Shown here piece by piece: positions 19,372 through 28,668 of a DNA stretch of 64,000 bases (positions are counted from its first letter, which is position 1; each line of letters begins with the position of its first letter). Under the pieces are notes generated by a model. The model saw only the letters and a list, made by a program, of their open reading frames with translations, searched no databases and was not told where the DNA came from. The stretch covers positions 44,602-108,601 of the forward strand of contig JBNKBE010000021.1 in the NCBI GenBank assembly GCA_050287085.1, in the 5' to 3' direction. The DNA is from Polyangiaceae bacterium. Lineage in GTDB: Bacteria; Myxococcota_A; Polyangia; Polyangiales; Polyangiaceae. Position numbers and translations under genes: made by a program.

Positions 19372-19742
19372 GTGAGGAAGAGCAAGAAGCACAAGGGACT
19401 GAAACAAGAGGTTTGGACTCCGGCTTCGAGGCAGCTGAGCTCGCTCCTGCGCCCCTTGTGTTCAAGGAAGGCGATAGCCTCGGCTTTGTGATGGACGTTC
19501 CGGTGCGTCTCACGGTCGAGATTGGCCGGAAGGCGATGCGCATTGGGGAGCTATTGAAGTTGGGCCCGGGGGCGATTCTTGAGCTCAACAAGGCCAATGG
19601 AGATCCCCTGGAGGTTTACGCCAATGACCGCTTGGTGGCACGCGGGGAGGCGGTTGTGGTGGGCGAACGATACGGGGTGCGGCTGACCGAGGTCTTGGTC
19701 AACGAAGAGGCTCAGCGAGACGAAATCGAGGAATTGATATGA
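19368..19742 (+). CDS. fliN: C-ring protein
   Basis: DVPVRLTVEIGR...ARGEAVVVGERYGVRLTE. Confidence 0.95.
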   Translation: MSEEEQEAQGTETRGLDSGFEAAELAPAPLVFKEGDSLGFVMDVPVRLTVEIGRKAMRIGELLKLGPGAILELNKANGDPLEVYANDRLVARGEAVVVGERYGVRLTEVLVNEEAQRDEIEELI

Positions 19743-20422
19743 AGGGGATGGCATCCTGGTGGATCGCTGTTGCACTGCTCGTTGTTGCGCCGGCTCGCGC
19801 GCAGCTACTCGAGGAACTGCCGGTAGAAGGTGAAGAGCCAACGCTGAAGTCAGAGGTGGCTCAGCCGAGCGCGCCTCCAGCGGCCAAGCGAGATTGGCTT
19901 CGCGCTGACCGTCCCGAAGCTGCGGCGGCGCCGGAGAGCGAAGCCGGGGCATTGGGCTGGGCGCCCGCAGTGGCGTTTGTGTTGCTTTCCGCGCTAGCGG
20001 GGGGGGCGGCTTTCCTACGTTTTGGGCGCCGCGAGCGGGTTGGCAGCGAGCGTCCAACGGCGCTCTCGGTCACAGCGCAGACCCGCGTTGGCCCCAAGGC
20101 GTCGGTGGCTCTACTCCGGGTTGGGGGGCGCACGCTATTGCTTGGCGTGACCGAGCACGCTGTCTCAGCGCTTGGGTGGATGGACTCTGCGCCAGCTCAG
20201 AGCGCTGCAGCGGACACGAACGCTGACGACGAAGAGGCGATGCTTGCGCCGGGTGACGGTCGTTTCACGCACCTGCTCAGTTCCGCGCTACGCAGGAATC
20301 CGGCTGAGGCGGCTGATCCGGCGACGCTGCTCGCCAGTCGTACGGAGGACATCGTAGGAGCGCGTGGGGCTACCCCTCGCGTCGAGGCGCAGGTCGCTGG
20401 ACTGACGCGCAGGAGGCGCTAG
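19739..20422 (+). CDS. fliO: FliO/FliZ-type export accessory protein
   Basis: TM segment then VGPKASVALLRVGGRTLLLGVT. Confidence 0.85.
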   Translation: MKGMASWWIAVALLVVAPARAQLLEELPVEGEEPTLKSEVAQPSAPPAAKRDWLRADRPEAAAAPESEAGALGWAPAVAFVLLSALAGGAAFLRFGRRERVGSERPTALSVTAQTRVGPKASVALLRVGGRTLLLGVTEHAVSALGWMDSAPAQSAAADTNADDEEAMLAPGDGRFTHLLSSALRRNPAEAADPATLLASRTEDIVGARGATPRVEAQVAGLTRRRR

Positions 20423-20425
20423 CTC

Positions 20426-21088
20426 GTGCTCGAGACGACAACGCAGCTGCTGGAAGGGCAGAGTCTTGCCAATTCGCTCAAGATTCTACTCGTTCTCACG
20501 CTGTTGTCGCTGCTTCCGGCGATCGTGTTGACGATGACCTCGTTCGTCCGGACCGTGGTGGTGCTTTCGTTCTTGCGTCAGGGTGTGGGTTCGCCCCAGA
20601 CGCCTCCGACTCAAGTCGTGGTTGGGTTGGCTCTGTTCCTAACGCTGTTCGTCATGTCGCCCGTGCTCGATCGCATGAATGAGGCTGGGCTCAAGCCGTA
20701 TCTGGCCGGTGATGTCACCGAGATGGTCGCGATGGAGCGCGCGATGGTGCCGCTCCGGGAGTTCATGCTGAGCCAGACGCGTCAGAGCGACCTTCTGCTG
20801 TTCTACTCTGCAACCGACGCTGAGCTGCCCGCGTCGCCGGAGGACGTCTCATTCCGTCTGGCGCTTCCAGCTTTTGTGGTGTCGGAACTGACAACGGCTT
20901 TTCAGATGGGCGTGATCGTCCTGCTCCCATTTTTGGTCGTGGATCTGGCTGTGGCATCGCTGCTGATGAGCATGGGTATGATGATGGTGCCCCCAACGAC
21001 TTTGAGCTTGCCGATCAAGCTCTTGCTCTTCGTGTTGGTGGACGGTTGGCACCTCGTGTGCGGGTCGCTACTCAAGAGCTACGCATGA
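20426..21088 (+). CDS. fliP: Export gate protein
   Basis: MTSFVRTVVVL, PPTQV, PAFVVSEL, MGMMMVPP, KLLLFVLVDGW. Confidence 0.97.
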   Translation: MLETTTQLLEGQSLANSLKILLVLTLLSLLPAIVLTMTSFVRTVVVLSFLRQGVGSPQTPPTQVVVGLALFLTLFVMSPVLDRMNEAGLKPYLAGDVTEMVAMERAMVPLREFMLSQTRQSDLLLFYSATDAELPASPEDVSFRLALPAFVVSELTTAFQMGVIVLLPFLVVDLAVASLLMSMGMMMVPPTTLSLPIKLLLFVLVDGWHLVCGSLLKSYA

Positions 21089-21097
21089 GGAAATGCG

Positions 21098-21367
21098 ATG
21101 ACAACTGATGGTGCAATAGAGTTGTTGCTTGGGGTGATTGTCGCGTGGCTCAAGATGGCTGGCCCGATGCTGATCGCCGCGCTCCTGGTGGGCGTCTTGG
21201 TGGGCGTCTTGCAGGCCGCCACGCAGATCAACGAGGCGAGCATTAGCTTTCTGACCAAGCTATTTGCCGTTGGATTGGTCATCGTCGCGCTGGGTTCATG
21301 GTCGGCACGCCAGTTGGTGGAGTACACGACGCGCACGATCAGCTCGATTTCGAACGTGGTGCAGTGA
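21098..21367 (+). CDS. fliQ: Export gate protein
   Basis: LQAATQINEASISF; 89 aa. Confidence 0.95.
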   Translation: MTTDGAIELLLGVIVAWLKMAGPMLIAALLVGVLVGVLQAATQINEASISFLTKLFAVGLVIVALGSWSARQLVEYTTRTISSISNVVQ

Positions 21368-22135
21368 ATGTCCGAGCTACTCGCCGAGCTCAGCCGATAT
21401 CTGTTGGAGGTGACGCGCCTGAGCGGCGTGTTGGTGGTCGGAACGGCTCCTTTTGAGGGGGCGCCGAGGCAGGCGAAAGTGGGGCTTGTGTTGTTGCTTG
21501 GACTTGTGGCCCACGGCAGTGGCTCCGGCGGCCTAGCACCTATTCACCCCTTGGGCATCGTACCGCTGCTGGTTTCCGAGTTTCTGATAGGGGTCTTGAT
21601 GGGGCTTGTCGTTCGCATGGCGGTAGCCGTGGCTGAGGTAGCGGGCACCACCTTGGCCCCGATGATCGGCTTTGGCGCAGCTCAAGTGTTCGACCCAGGC
21701 ACGGGGCAACAAGACTCGGTCCTGACGCGTGTGTACCGACTGTTTGCGGGGTTGGTCGCGGTCTCGGTGGGGTTGCATCGGGTGTTACTCGCGGCGGTGC
21801 TGGAGGGATTCGAGCGCTTGCCGGTGGGGGCCGCCTCACACCTAGAAGCGTCTGCCCAGGGGTTGCTGATCCTCAGCAGCGGTGTGATTTCGGGAGGGTT
21901 GTTGCTGGCTCTACCGGCGCTAGCCGCCCTGCTGATGGTGCAACTAGCCCTCGCCTTTGTCGCCCGCGCGGCGCCCGCGATGCAGATCTTCAACATTGGC
22001 TTCACTATCTTCTTGGGCACGGGCGGTGTCTTGCTGTGGCTAACGCTCCCGGATACGGGGCGCGCGTTGGCTCGCCAGTTCTCTCATGTGGGCGCGCAGT
22101 TGGAAGCTGTCCTTCTGGCGGTGGTACAAGGCTAA
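21368..22135 (+). CDS. fliR: Export gate protein
   Basis: Multi-TM protein, EFLIG, GFGAAQVFDP, ARAAPAMQIF. Confidence 0.92.
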   Translation: MSELLAELSRYLLEVTRLSGVLVVGTAPFEGAPRQAKVGLVLLLGLVAHGSGSGGLAPIHPLGIVPLLVSEFLIGVLMGLVVRMAVAVAEVAGTTLAPMIGFGAAQVFDPGTGQQDSVLTRVYRLFAGLVAVSVGLHRVLLAAVLEGFERLPVGAASHLEASAQGLLILSSGVISGGLLLALPALAALLMVQLALAFVARAAPAMQIFNIGFTIFLGTGGVLLWLTLPDTGRALARQFSHVGAQLEAVLLAVVQG

Positions 22136-22226
22136 GGCACAGCGATGAGCCGGCCCGCCACGGCAAGAGGAGCGGCCGGCGTAGTATGACTTTCCCTCCG
22201 CGGGCCCCTAGTCCCTCGGTGCTCAG

Positions 22227-23288
22227 ATGGCAGACGACCAAGAGAAGACAGAGGAGGCGACCCCAGAGCGTCGCAAGAAGGCACGGGACGAAGGGCAGTT
22301 TCCTCGAGGCAAGGATGCGGGCAATACCGCCGGCTCGATCATGGTCCTGCTGACTGTCGTGGCGTTCGGAGATTTCTTCAGGGCCGAGATTGGAAGCTTT
22401 GCCTGGCTCTGCTTTCACGAATCAGACTTTCTGATCCGAGGCAATATCTCGGACTTGCTAGGGCACCTGGTGCGCGTGCTCTTCTTCGTCATCGCTCCGC
22501 TGTCGCTTGCCGCCGCGCTTGGAGCCTTTGCGGTGGGTGTCGCGGAAGCCGGGTTCCACCCAAACATGGACCTCATTGCTCCCAAGTGGAGCCGCTTGGA
22601 CCCGCTCTCCAAACTCAAGCAGATGTTCTCGCCGCAGCAAGCGACGGTCAATGTGGCACTCCAGTTGGGACGGGTGGTTGCCGTCGCCGCAGTCGCTTGG
22701 TTTTCCGTGGCTGGCTCGCTGCCCGAGCTACTGAGTCTCTCCCGGACCGGCATCCGCGGCGCTGCCTTGCAGCTGGCCACAAGTCTACTCAAGTTGGCTC
22801 TCTGGGCATCGCTTGCGCTTGTCGTCTTGGTCGCAGTCGACTTCCTATACAACCGTTTCAAGCACGAAAAGCAGATTCGGATGAGCAAGCAGGAGGTCAA
22901 AGACGAGTACAAGAATCAGGAGGGCGATCCCAGGGTGAAGGCGCGCCAGCGCGCGAAGGCACGCGAGATGGCCAAGCGAAGCATTCTCCAGGCGGTTCAG
23001 TCTGCGGACTTCGTGATCGCCAACCCGACTCACGTGTCGGTGGCCATCCGCTATCGTCCGGAAGAAGGCGCGCCGGTCGTTGTGGCCAAGGGGTTCGACC
23101 AAGTCGCACTGCACATTCGACAACTGGCGGAGCGTTTCGAGGTTCCGGTGATCGAGAACGTGCCCTTGGCGCGCGCGCTCGCCCGCCAAGTCAAAGTGGG
23201 GCGTCAGATCCCTGTCGATCTCTACGCGGCGGTCGCCGAGGTATTGGCGCTCGTCTATCGACTGAAGAATCGTTCGCTCATGGCATAG
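22227..23288 (+). CDS. flhB: Export switch protein
   Basis: EKTEEAT, MSKQEVKDEYKNQEGDP, NPTH autocleavage site. Confidence 0.97.
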   Translation: MADDQEKTEEATPERRKKARDEGQFPRGKDAGNTAGSIMVLLTVVAFGDFFRAEIGSFAWLCFHESDFLIRGNISDLLGHLVRVLFFVIAPLSLAAALGAFAVGVAEAGFHPNMDLIAPKWSRLDPLSKLKQMFSPQQATVNVALQLGRVVAVAAVAWFSVAGSLPELLSLSRTGIRGAALQLATSLLKLALWASLALVVLVAVDFLYNRFKHEKQIRMSKQEVKDEYKNQEGDPRVKARQRAKAREMAKRSILQAVQSADFVIANPTHVSVAIRYRPEEGAPVVVAKGFDQVALHIRQLAERFEVPVIENVPLARALARQVKVGRQIPVDLYAAVAEVLALVYRLKNRSLMA

Positions 23289-23422
23289 GACAAGGCTTCG
23301 TATCGGGCCGGGGCGACCGGGTCGCTGCGGAACGGTCCTTCGTCGCGATGCGGAACTTCTGCTCGTTTCGAGGCGCGCGAAAACGGGCCACGCCGGGGGA
23401 GATCGGGGCCCGCTTCTCAGCG

Positions 23423-23438
23423 TGGCACGGTTGGTGCT
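23423..23438 (+). promoter_or_regulatory. Sigma-54 promoter for flhA-flhF-fliA-flgF
   Basis: TGGCACGGTTGGTGCT (GG-N10-GC) in the flhB-flhA gap. Confidence 0.7.
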
Positions 23439-23525
23439 TCTTCATTGCCCGAGCTGGGCGGACCCGCGTGAGCCAACCTCAAAGCGTTGTCGCTCGCAGC
23501 TCGAGCTAGGAAGAACGGAGCCGTA

Positions 23526-25610
23526 GTGACGACACATGCCGCTGTCAGCAGTGAGGCCAAAGCCTACTCGGACCTAGCGGTTCCTCTTGGCATCGTGGGG
23601 ATCGTCATGATGATGGTCCTGCCGCTACCGGCGGTGCTCGTCGATCTGCTCCTTGCCTGCTCGCTGGCGGTAGCCATTGGGGTCTTCCTGATCGGCTTGT
23701 TCATGGACCATCCGCTCCAGTTCAGCGCGTTTCCCGCTGTAATCCTCGTGGCAACGTTGCTTCGTCTGAGCGTCAATGTGGCCACGACGCGGCTGATTCT
23801 GCTCAATGGTGCAGGGGGACAGGCCGCCGCCGGACAGGTGATCGAGACCTTTGGCCTCTTTGTCGTGGGCGGCAACGTGGTCGTCGGTTTGGTCGTCTTC
23901 CTGATCCTCGTGGTGATCAACTTCGTGGTGATCACCAAAGGCGCAGGGCGCGTCGCAGAGGTGGCGGCGCGCTTTGCTCTGGATGGAATGCCTGGCAAGC
24001 AGATGGCCATAGATGCTGACCTGAACGCTGGGATCATCAACTCCGAGCAGGCGCACGATAAGCGGCGCAACGTGGAGCGTGAGGCCGACTTCTTTGGCGC
24101 GATGGACGGCGCGAGCAAGTTCGTCAAGGGCGACGCCATCGCTGGGTTGCTCATTACCGGGATCAACTTGCTCGGTGGTTTGATGCTTGGCATCGCAGCC
24201 GGGATGGACGTCGCGGAGGCGGCGCAGGCGTTTTCGATCTTGTCCGTAGGCGACGCGCTTGTCTCTCAGATGCCGGCACTGCTGATGTCGACGGCCGCTG
24301 GCGTTGTCGTCACGCGTTCCGCCACGGGGGAACAACTTGGCCGTGCCTTGCGCTCGCAGCTGCTGGGGAGTCGACGGGCCGTCGCCTCGACAGCGGGCAT
24401 CTTGACGGTGATGGCCTTCATTCCGGGCATGCCGGCCATTCCCTTCTTGGGTTTGGCAGGGGCGCTGGGGGCGGTTGCCTACCGCGCGGGCAAACGGAGT
24501 GAGAAGGCGCGGCGGGCTCAAGATCAGGCCAAGGAGGAGGTTCCGCAGCGAGAGGAGCCCATCGAGTCGGTGTTGCCCCTGGATGTCTTGAGCCTAGAGG
24601 TCGGCTACGAGCTAATCCGAGCCGTGGATCCGTCGATGGGGGGGACCCTCGTCGAACGCATTTCCAGCCTGCGTCGTCAGATTGCTCAGGAGCTGGGCAT
24701 CGTGGTTCCCCCGGTACACATTCGCGATAATCTGCAGTTGTCACCGGGCCGCTATCGCTTCGTACTGCTGGGTACGGAGATTGCGGGGGGAACTCTGGCC
24801 GGGGGGAAGTTGCTTGCCATGGACCCAACCGGTCAGGCTCCGGCCATCGATGGCGAGGCGACGGTCGACCCGACTTTCGGGACGCCAGCGCGCTGGGTGC
24901 GCAATCAGGACCGCGAGCTCGCAGAGGCTCTTGGCTATACGGTGGTTGACCAAGCCACGATCATCGCCACGCATTTGGCGGAAGTGGTGCGCCGTCACGC
25001 AGACCAGATCCTTGGGCGCTCAGAACTCCAGGCCCTCTTCGATGTCTTTTCTCAGAGCACGCCGAAGCTGGTCGAAGATCTGGTACCAAACTTGCTCTCG
25101 TTCGGTGAGGTGCTCAAGGTGATGCGCAACTTGCTTCGAGAGGGAGTCTCCATTCGTGACCTCAGGACGCTGCTCGAGGCTTTACTGGAAGTGGCCCCGG
25201 CTACGAAGGATCCTGAGCAGCTCACGGAATTGACACGCCAGAAGCTCTATCGTCAGATCACTGCCGCCTATTCGGATTCTGACAACAGCATTGGCACCCT
25301 CATTCTCGACCCCGCGGTGGAAGAGATGTTTCGGCGCTCGTTGACTGAGATCGCTCAGGGGATCGGGGGCGCGCTCGATCCCAATCAAGCGCGGGCTTTG
25401 GGGGATTCGCTTGAGCATGCAGTGGCGAGGATGCAGGCGATGGGGTTGCCCCCCTGTCTCGTGACGAGCCCGGATTTGCGACGTTACGTGCGTGCTTTTG
25501 CGGAGCGCCGGATCCCAGCATTGGGCGTCCTTTCCTTCCGCGAAATCGATCCAACTACGACGATTCGACCGATCGAATCGGTGTCCTTTAACAGTGCAGT
25601 GGCCGCATAG
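23526..25610 (+). CDS. flhA: Export gate protein
   Basis: RVAEVAARFALDGMPGKQMAIDADL, FFGAMDGASKFVKGDA; GTG start after GGAG. Confidence 0.97.
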   Translation: MTTHAAVSSEAKAYSDLAVPLGIVGIVMMMVLPLPAVLVDLLLACSLAVAIGVFLIGLFMDHPLQFSAFPAVILVATLLRLSVNVATTRLILLNGAGGQAAAGQVIETFGLFVVGGNVVVGLVVFLILVVINFVVITKGAGRVAEVAARFALDGMPGKQMAIDADLNAGIINSEQAHDKRRNVEREADFFGAMDGASKFVKGDAIAGLLITGINLLGGLMLGIAAGMDVAEAAQAFSILSVGDALVSQMPALLMSTAAGVVVTRSATGEQLGRALRSQLLGSRRAVASTAGILTVMAFIPGMPAIPFLGLAGALGAVAYRAGKRSEKARRAQDQAKEEVPQREEPIESVLPLDVLSLEVGYELIRAVDPSMGGTLVERISSLRRQIAQELGIVVPPVHIRDNLQLSPGRYRFVLLGTEIAGGTLAGGKLLAMDPTGQAPAIDGEATVDPTFGTPARWVRNQDRELAEALGYTVVDQATIIATHLAEVVRRHADQILGRSELQALFDVFSQSTPKLVEDLVPNLLSFGEVLKVMRNLLREGVSIRDLRTLLEALLEVAPATKDPEQLTELTRQKLYRQITAAYSDSDNSIGTLILDPAVEEMFRRSLTEIAQGIGGALDPNQARALGDSLEHAVARMQAMGLPPCLVTSPDLRRYVRAFAERRIPALGVLSFREIDPTTTIRPIESVSFNSAVAA

Positions 25611-25621
25611 GGCCGCAAGGA

Positions 25622-26689
25622 GTGACGGTGGAATACCAGACGTTTCGGGGTGCTGATGTCAAAGAAGCTCTATTCGCTGTTCGGCAGGCATTGGGCGCAG
25701 ATGCGATGATCGAGTCGACGCGACACCTCACGAATGGACAGAGCGGTGCACTGGGACATTCGGTCGTCGAGATCGTTGCTGCGCCTGCCACGGCGGGGCG
25801 TCCGCGTATGGGCGAAAGGCTGGGGGCACGGGGCGTAGGTCGAGTCAACGCCGCGCGGATTGAACGTGAACTGCTGGCCTTGCGGGCGATGGTCGACGAA
25901 CTCAGCGCAAGCCGTCCGCCTCGCGATCGCATTCGCGCGGTGCTCAATGCGGCGGGCTTCGAGGGAGACCTGGCCAAGAGTCTCGCTGCCGGCGCAACAA
26001 GACCCGCCAAAGATGGTCGAGCGGCTCTCGTGGAGTACCTGCGCTCTCGTGTGGGCGAAAGATTGCTATGTCAGCCGCGGCTGATCGAGAGGAACTTTCG
26101 GCAGCTCATCGCCTGCGTCGGGCCGACTGGCGTGGGCAAGACAACCACCTTGGCCAAGCTTGCCGCGCGCGCGCGACTGGAGCTTCAGCGCAGTGTTACC
26201 GTGGTGAGCTTGGATACGTTCCGTGTTGGGGCTGTGGAGCAGTGGCAGCGCTACGCTGAGTTGATTGGCGTCCAGTTCTATGTGGCTGAAGACGCTGCAA
26301 CATTTTCTCGCATCGTCGAGTCCTCACCCAGCGACATCATCTTGGTCGACTCTGCGGGTCAGGCTGCCCATGAAGACGCGTCCATGTTGCGACTCGGCAG
26401 CTGTCTGCAATCCGTCAAGAATATCCGCACGGAGGTTCAGCTGGTTCTTCCGGCTTGGATCCGAGCGCGAGACGCCGAACGGATAGCGGCCGCCTATGTC
26501 CGACCTCATCTTACCGGTCTGATTGTGACCAAGCTGGACGAGGCGGAACAGGTGGGTGGCTCGATTCATGCAGCCTTAGCCGGACAGCTTCCCGTGACGT
26601 ACCTATGTGACGGGGCGCGCGTCCCCGAGGACATTCGCGACGCGGCGCGGGAGTCCGTCCTAAACGCACTCTTTCCGGAGCAAACTTGA
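25622..26689 (+). CDS. flhF: SRP-family GTPase
   Basis: GPTGVGKTTTLAKLA, DTFRVGAVEQ, DSAG, TKLDE, VPEDI. Confidence 0.93.
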   Translation: MTVEYQTFRGADVKEALFAVRQALGADAMIESTRHLTNGQSGALGHSVVEIVAAPATAGRPRMGERLGARGVGRVNAARIERELLALRAMVDELSASRPPRDRIRAVLNAAGFEGDLAKSLAAGATRPAKDGRAALVEYLRSRVGERLLCQPRLIERNFRQLIACVGPTGVGKTTTLAKLAARARLELQRSVTVVSLDTFRVGAVEQWQRYAELIGVQFYVAEDAATFSRIVESSPSDIILVDSAGQAAHEDASMLRLGSCLQSVKNIRTEVQLVLPAWIRARDAERIAAAYVRPHLTGLIVTKLDEAEQVGGSIHAALAGQLPVTYLCDGARVPEDIRDAARESVLNALFPEQT

Positions 26690-27491
26690 GCGTGGAAGAA
26701 CAGTCAGCCATTCAACGGACTGCCGGTCGCGGGGTCACCGCCACCGCTGCCGTCAGGGCGCGTGTCGATCCGGGCCAACGCGAGGTATACGAGCGCTATC
26801 TCCCCATCGTGCGCCGCATCGCCATGCGTACCGTCCGCTCCTTGCCCCCTTCGGTCACGATCGACGACGTCATTTCCGCAGGATGGCTCGGCATGGTCGA
26901 AGCGCTCGGGCGACGTACGGAAGAGATGACGGACGAGCACTTCGAGGCGTTTGCGTCCTATCGGGTACGCGGGGCGATACTCGACCATCTGCGCATGCTC
27001 GATCCCATGAGCCGCAAGCTGCGGGGTGCCTCTCGCAAGATCACCCAGGTGGTCAACGAACTCATTGGTCGTCTCGGTCGTAGCCCGGAGCAAGACGAAG
27101 TGGCTAGCGAGCTCGGCATGGAGCTCGGCGACTATCAGCGGCTTCTGGGTGAGATCAGCGAAGCCGGCTTTGCCCGACTGGAGCTTTCGGAGATCGGGGA
27201 GCCATCGGCGGGTGACGCGTCCCCGAAGCGCTGGCCACTCGGAGCGAGTTGGTGGGCAGCATTGCCGACGCGATCGACGCGTTGCCCGAACGACTGAACA
27301 CCATCGTTGGTCTGTATTATCAAGAAGAGTGCAGCTTTCGAGAGATCGGTGAGGTTCTGGGAGTGACCGAGTCCAGGGTCTGCCAGTTGCACGCGGAGGC
27401 GATGCATTTGATTCGAGCTACCGTGGAGGGACGGCCGATCACCACCGCTAAGCGCCGCGGTTCACGCGCGCAGCGGAGTCCCGTCAAGTGA
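26686..27491 (+). pseudogene. fliA: Sigma-28 factor split by a one-base frameshift (genuine lesion or sequencing error)
   Basis: Regions 2-3 (FASYRVRGAILDHLR) are in one frame and region 4 (LYYQEECSFREIGEVLGVTESRVCQLH) in another; adding one base at CCCC 27221-27224 gives DASPEALATRSELVGS. Confidence 0.9.
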
Positions 27492-28225
27492 GCACAGGCA
27501 TCTGGGTCGCGGCGTCTGGCGCCACCTCCCAGCTGACCGCGTTGGATGTCGCCGCTAACAATACGGCCAACGCGACTACCGCTGGCTACAAGGGCGAGGA
27601 CGCGATCTTTCAGGAGTACCTGATCGATGCCGCACGGGCTGGCAATCAGGTATCCGCGATGCGCTACAACGGTGTTGCGGAGGTTCGCAGCGACCATGCG
27701 ACAGGGCCCATCCAGGTCACGGACCGCGGGTTGGATGTTGCGATTCGGGGCGAGGGGTTCTTTGCGGTTCAGACCCAAAACGGGGAGCGCTATACGCGAG
27801 CTGGTGCGTTTTCAGTGTCGCCGTCTGGCAATCTCGTTGCCGCCGATGGTGCGCTCGTCTTGAATACCGCGCGCCGTCCGATCCGAGTGAACGGCAATGC
27901 CAATGAGGCACGGATCACCGAAGGGGGAACGTTGATGGTGGGTGGAGAGCCTGCCGGCCAGTTGCGCCTGGTCCGCTTCGCAGACCAAGCTAGACTCGAG
28001 AAGGAAGGCAATACCCTATTTCGCGCGACGCCCACTTCGGGCGCTGCACAACAGGGCCCGATCACGCTCGAGACCGGTGCCTTGGAGATGGCAAATATCT
28101 CAGTCGTCAAGAGCATGACGGACATAGTGTCGACGACCCGAACATTTGACGCTCTCGAGCGCGCCATTGACGTGTTTCGGGACGCAGACACCCGCGCTGC
28201 CAACGACCTAATGCGTCGTCGCTAG
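27488..28225 (+). CDS. flgF: Proximal rod protein
   Basis: ANNTANATTAGYK, LDVAIRGEGFF, YTRAGAF, GALEMANIS. Confidence 0.88.
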   Translation: MSTGIWVAASGATSQLTALDVAANNTANATTAGYKGEDAIFQEYLIDAARAGNQVSAMRYNGVAEVRSDHATGPIQVTDRGLDVAIRGEGFFAVQTQNGERYTRAGAFSVSPSGNLVAADGALVLNTARRPIRVNGNANEARITEGGTLMVGGEPAGQLRLVRFADQARLEKEGNTLFRATPTSGAAQQGPITLETGALEMANISVVKSMTDIVSTTRTFDALERAIDVFRDADTRAANDLMRRR

Positions 28226-28301
28226 TGAATTGCCACGTCGAGAGATGAAAATGCCGCGGGAATTAGTGCTTTGCTGGTTTTGGGTCCCAATATGGAAACG
28301 A

Positions 28302-28317
28302 TGGCATGAATGATGCA
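28302..28317 (+). promoter_or_regulatory. Sigma-54 promoter upstream of fliW
   Basis: TGGCATGAATGATGCA (GG-N10-GC) in an AT-richer intergenic segment. Confidence 0.6.
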
Positions 28318-28668
28318 CCGGAGTATTGGTGGGCCCCATGTTGTTCTCGGCGGTATCGGCTGCAAGCAAATGACGAGAGATCGGCGAGAAACGAGCGAAC
28401 CATCAATGGGCAAAGCGTTCAAACCTGTAGCTAGACGCGGCCGCGAGTGCTGCTCGCTGCCGGAGGGTTTAGGAAGAGTAGATTGCGCAGAATCGGCGGG
28501 GCCGGTTTCAAAGGAAAAAGAGAGTCGATCAACGGACGTCGATGGAGCAGCGTTGGGGTGGCTCCCACCCCGAGCGGAGACACGGTGCTGCGGCATTTTG
28601 GAGATCGGTTCTAAGGAGTACTGATGCGACGGCTGGATTGAGCCGTTGCATTCAGAGGAGCTAGAAAG

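Noticed and set aside
9992..25610. Non-flagellar type III secretion system (injectisome), as known from some myxobacteria
   Set aside because: Rod, hook, L/P-ring, FlgM/FliA, FlhF and FliW genes are present and there is no secretin; the system is flagellar
28310..28624. 104-aa ORF as a csrA candidate next to fliW
   Set aside because: No CsrA motif (MLVLxRK...), and its start overlaps the sigma-54 motif
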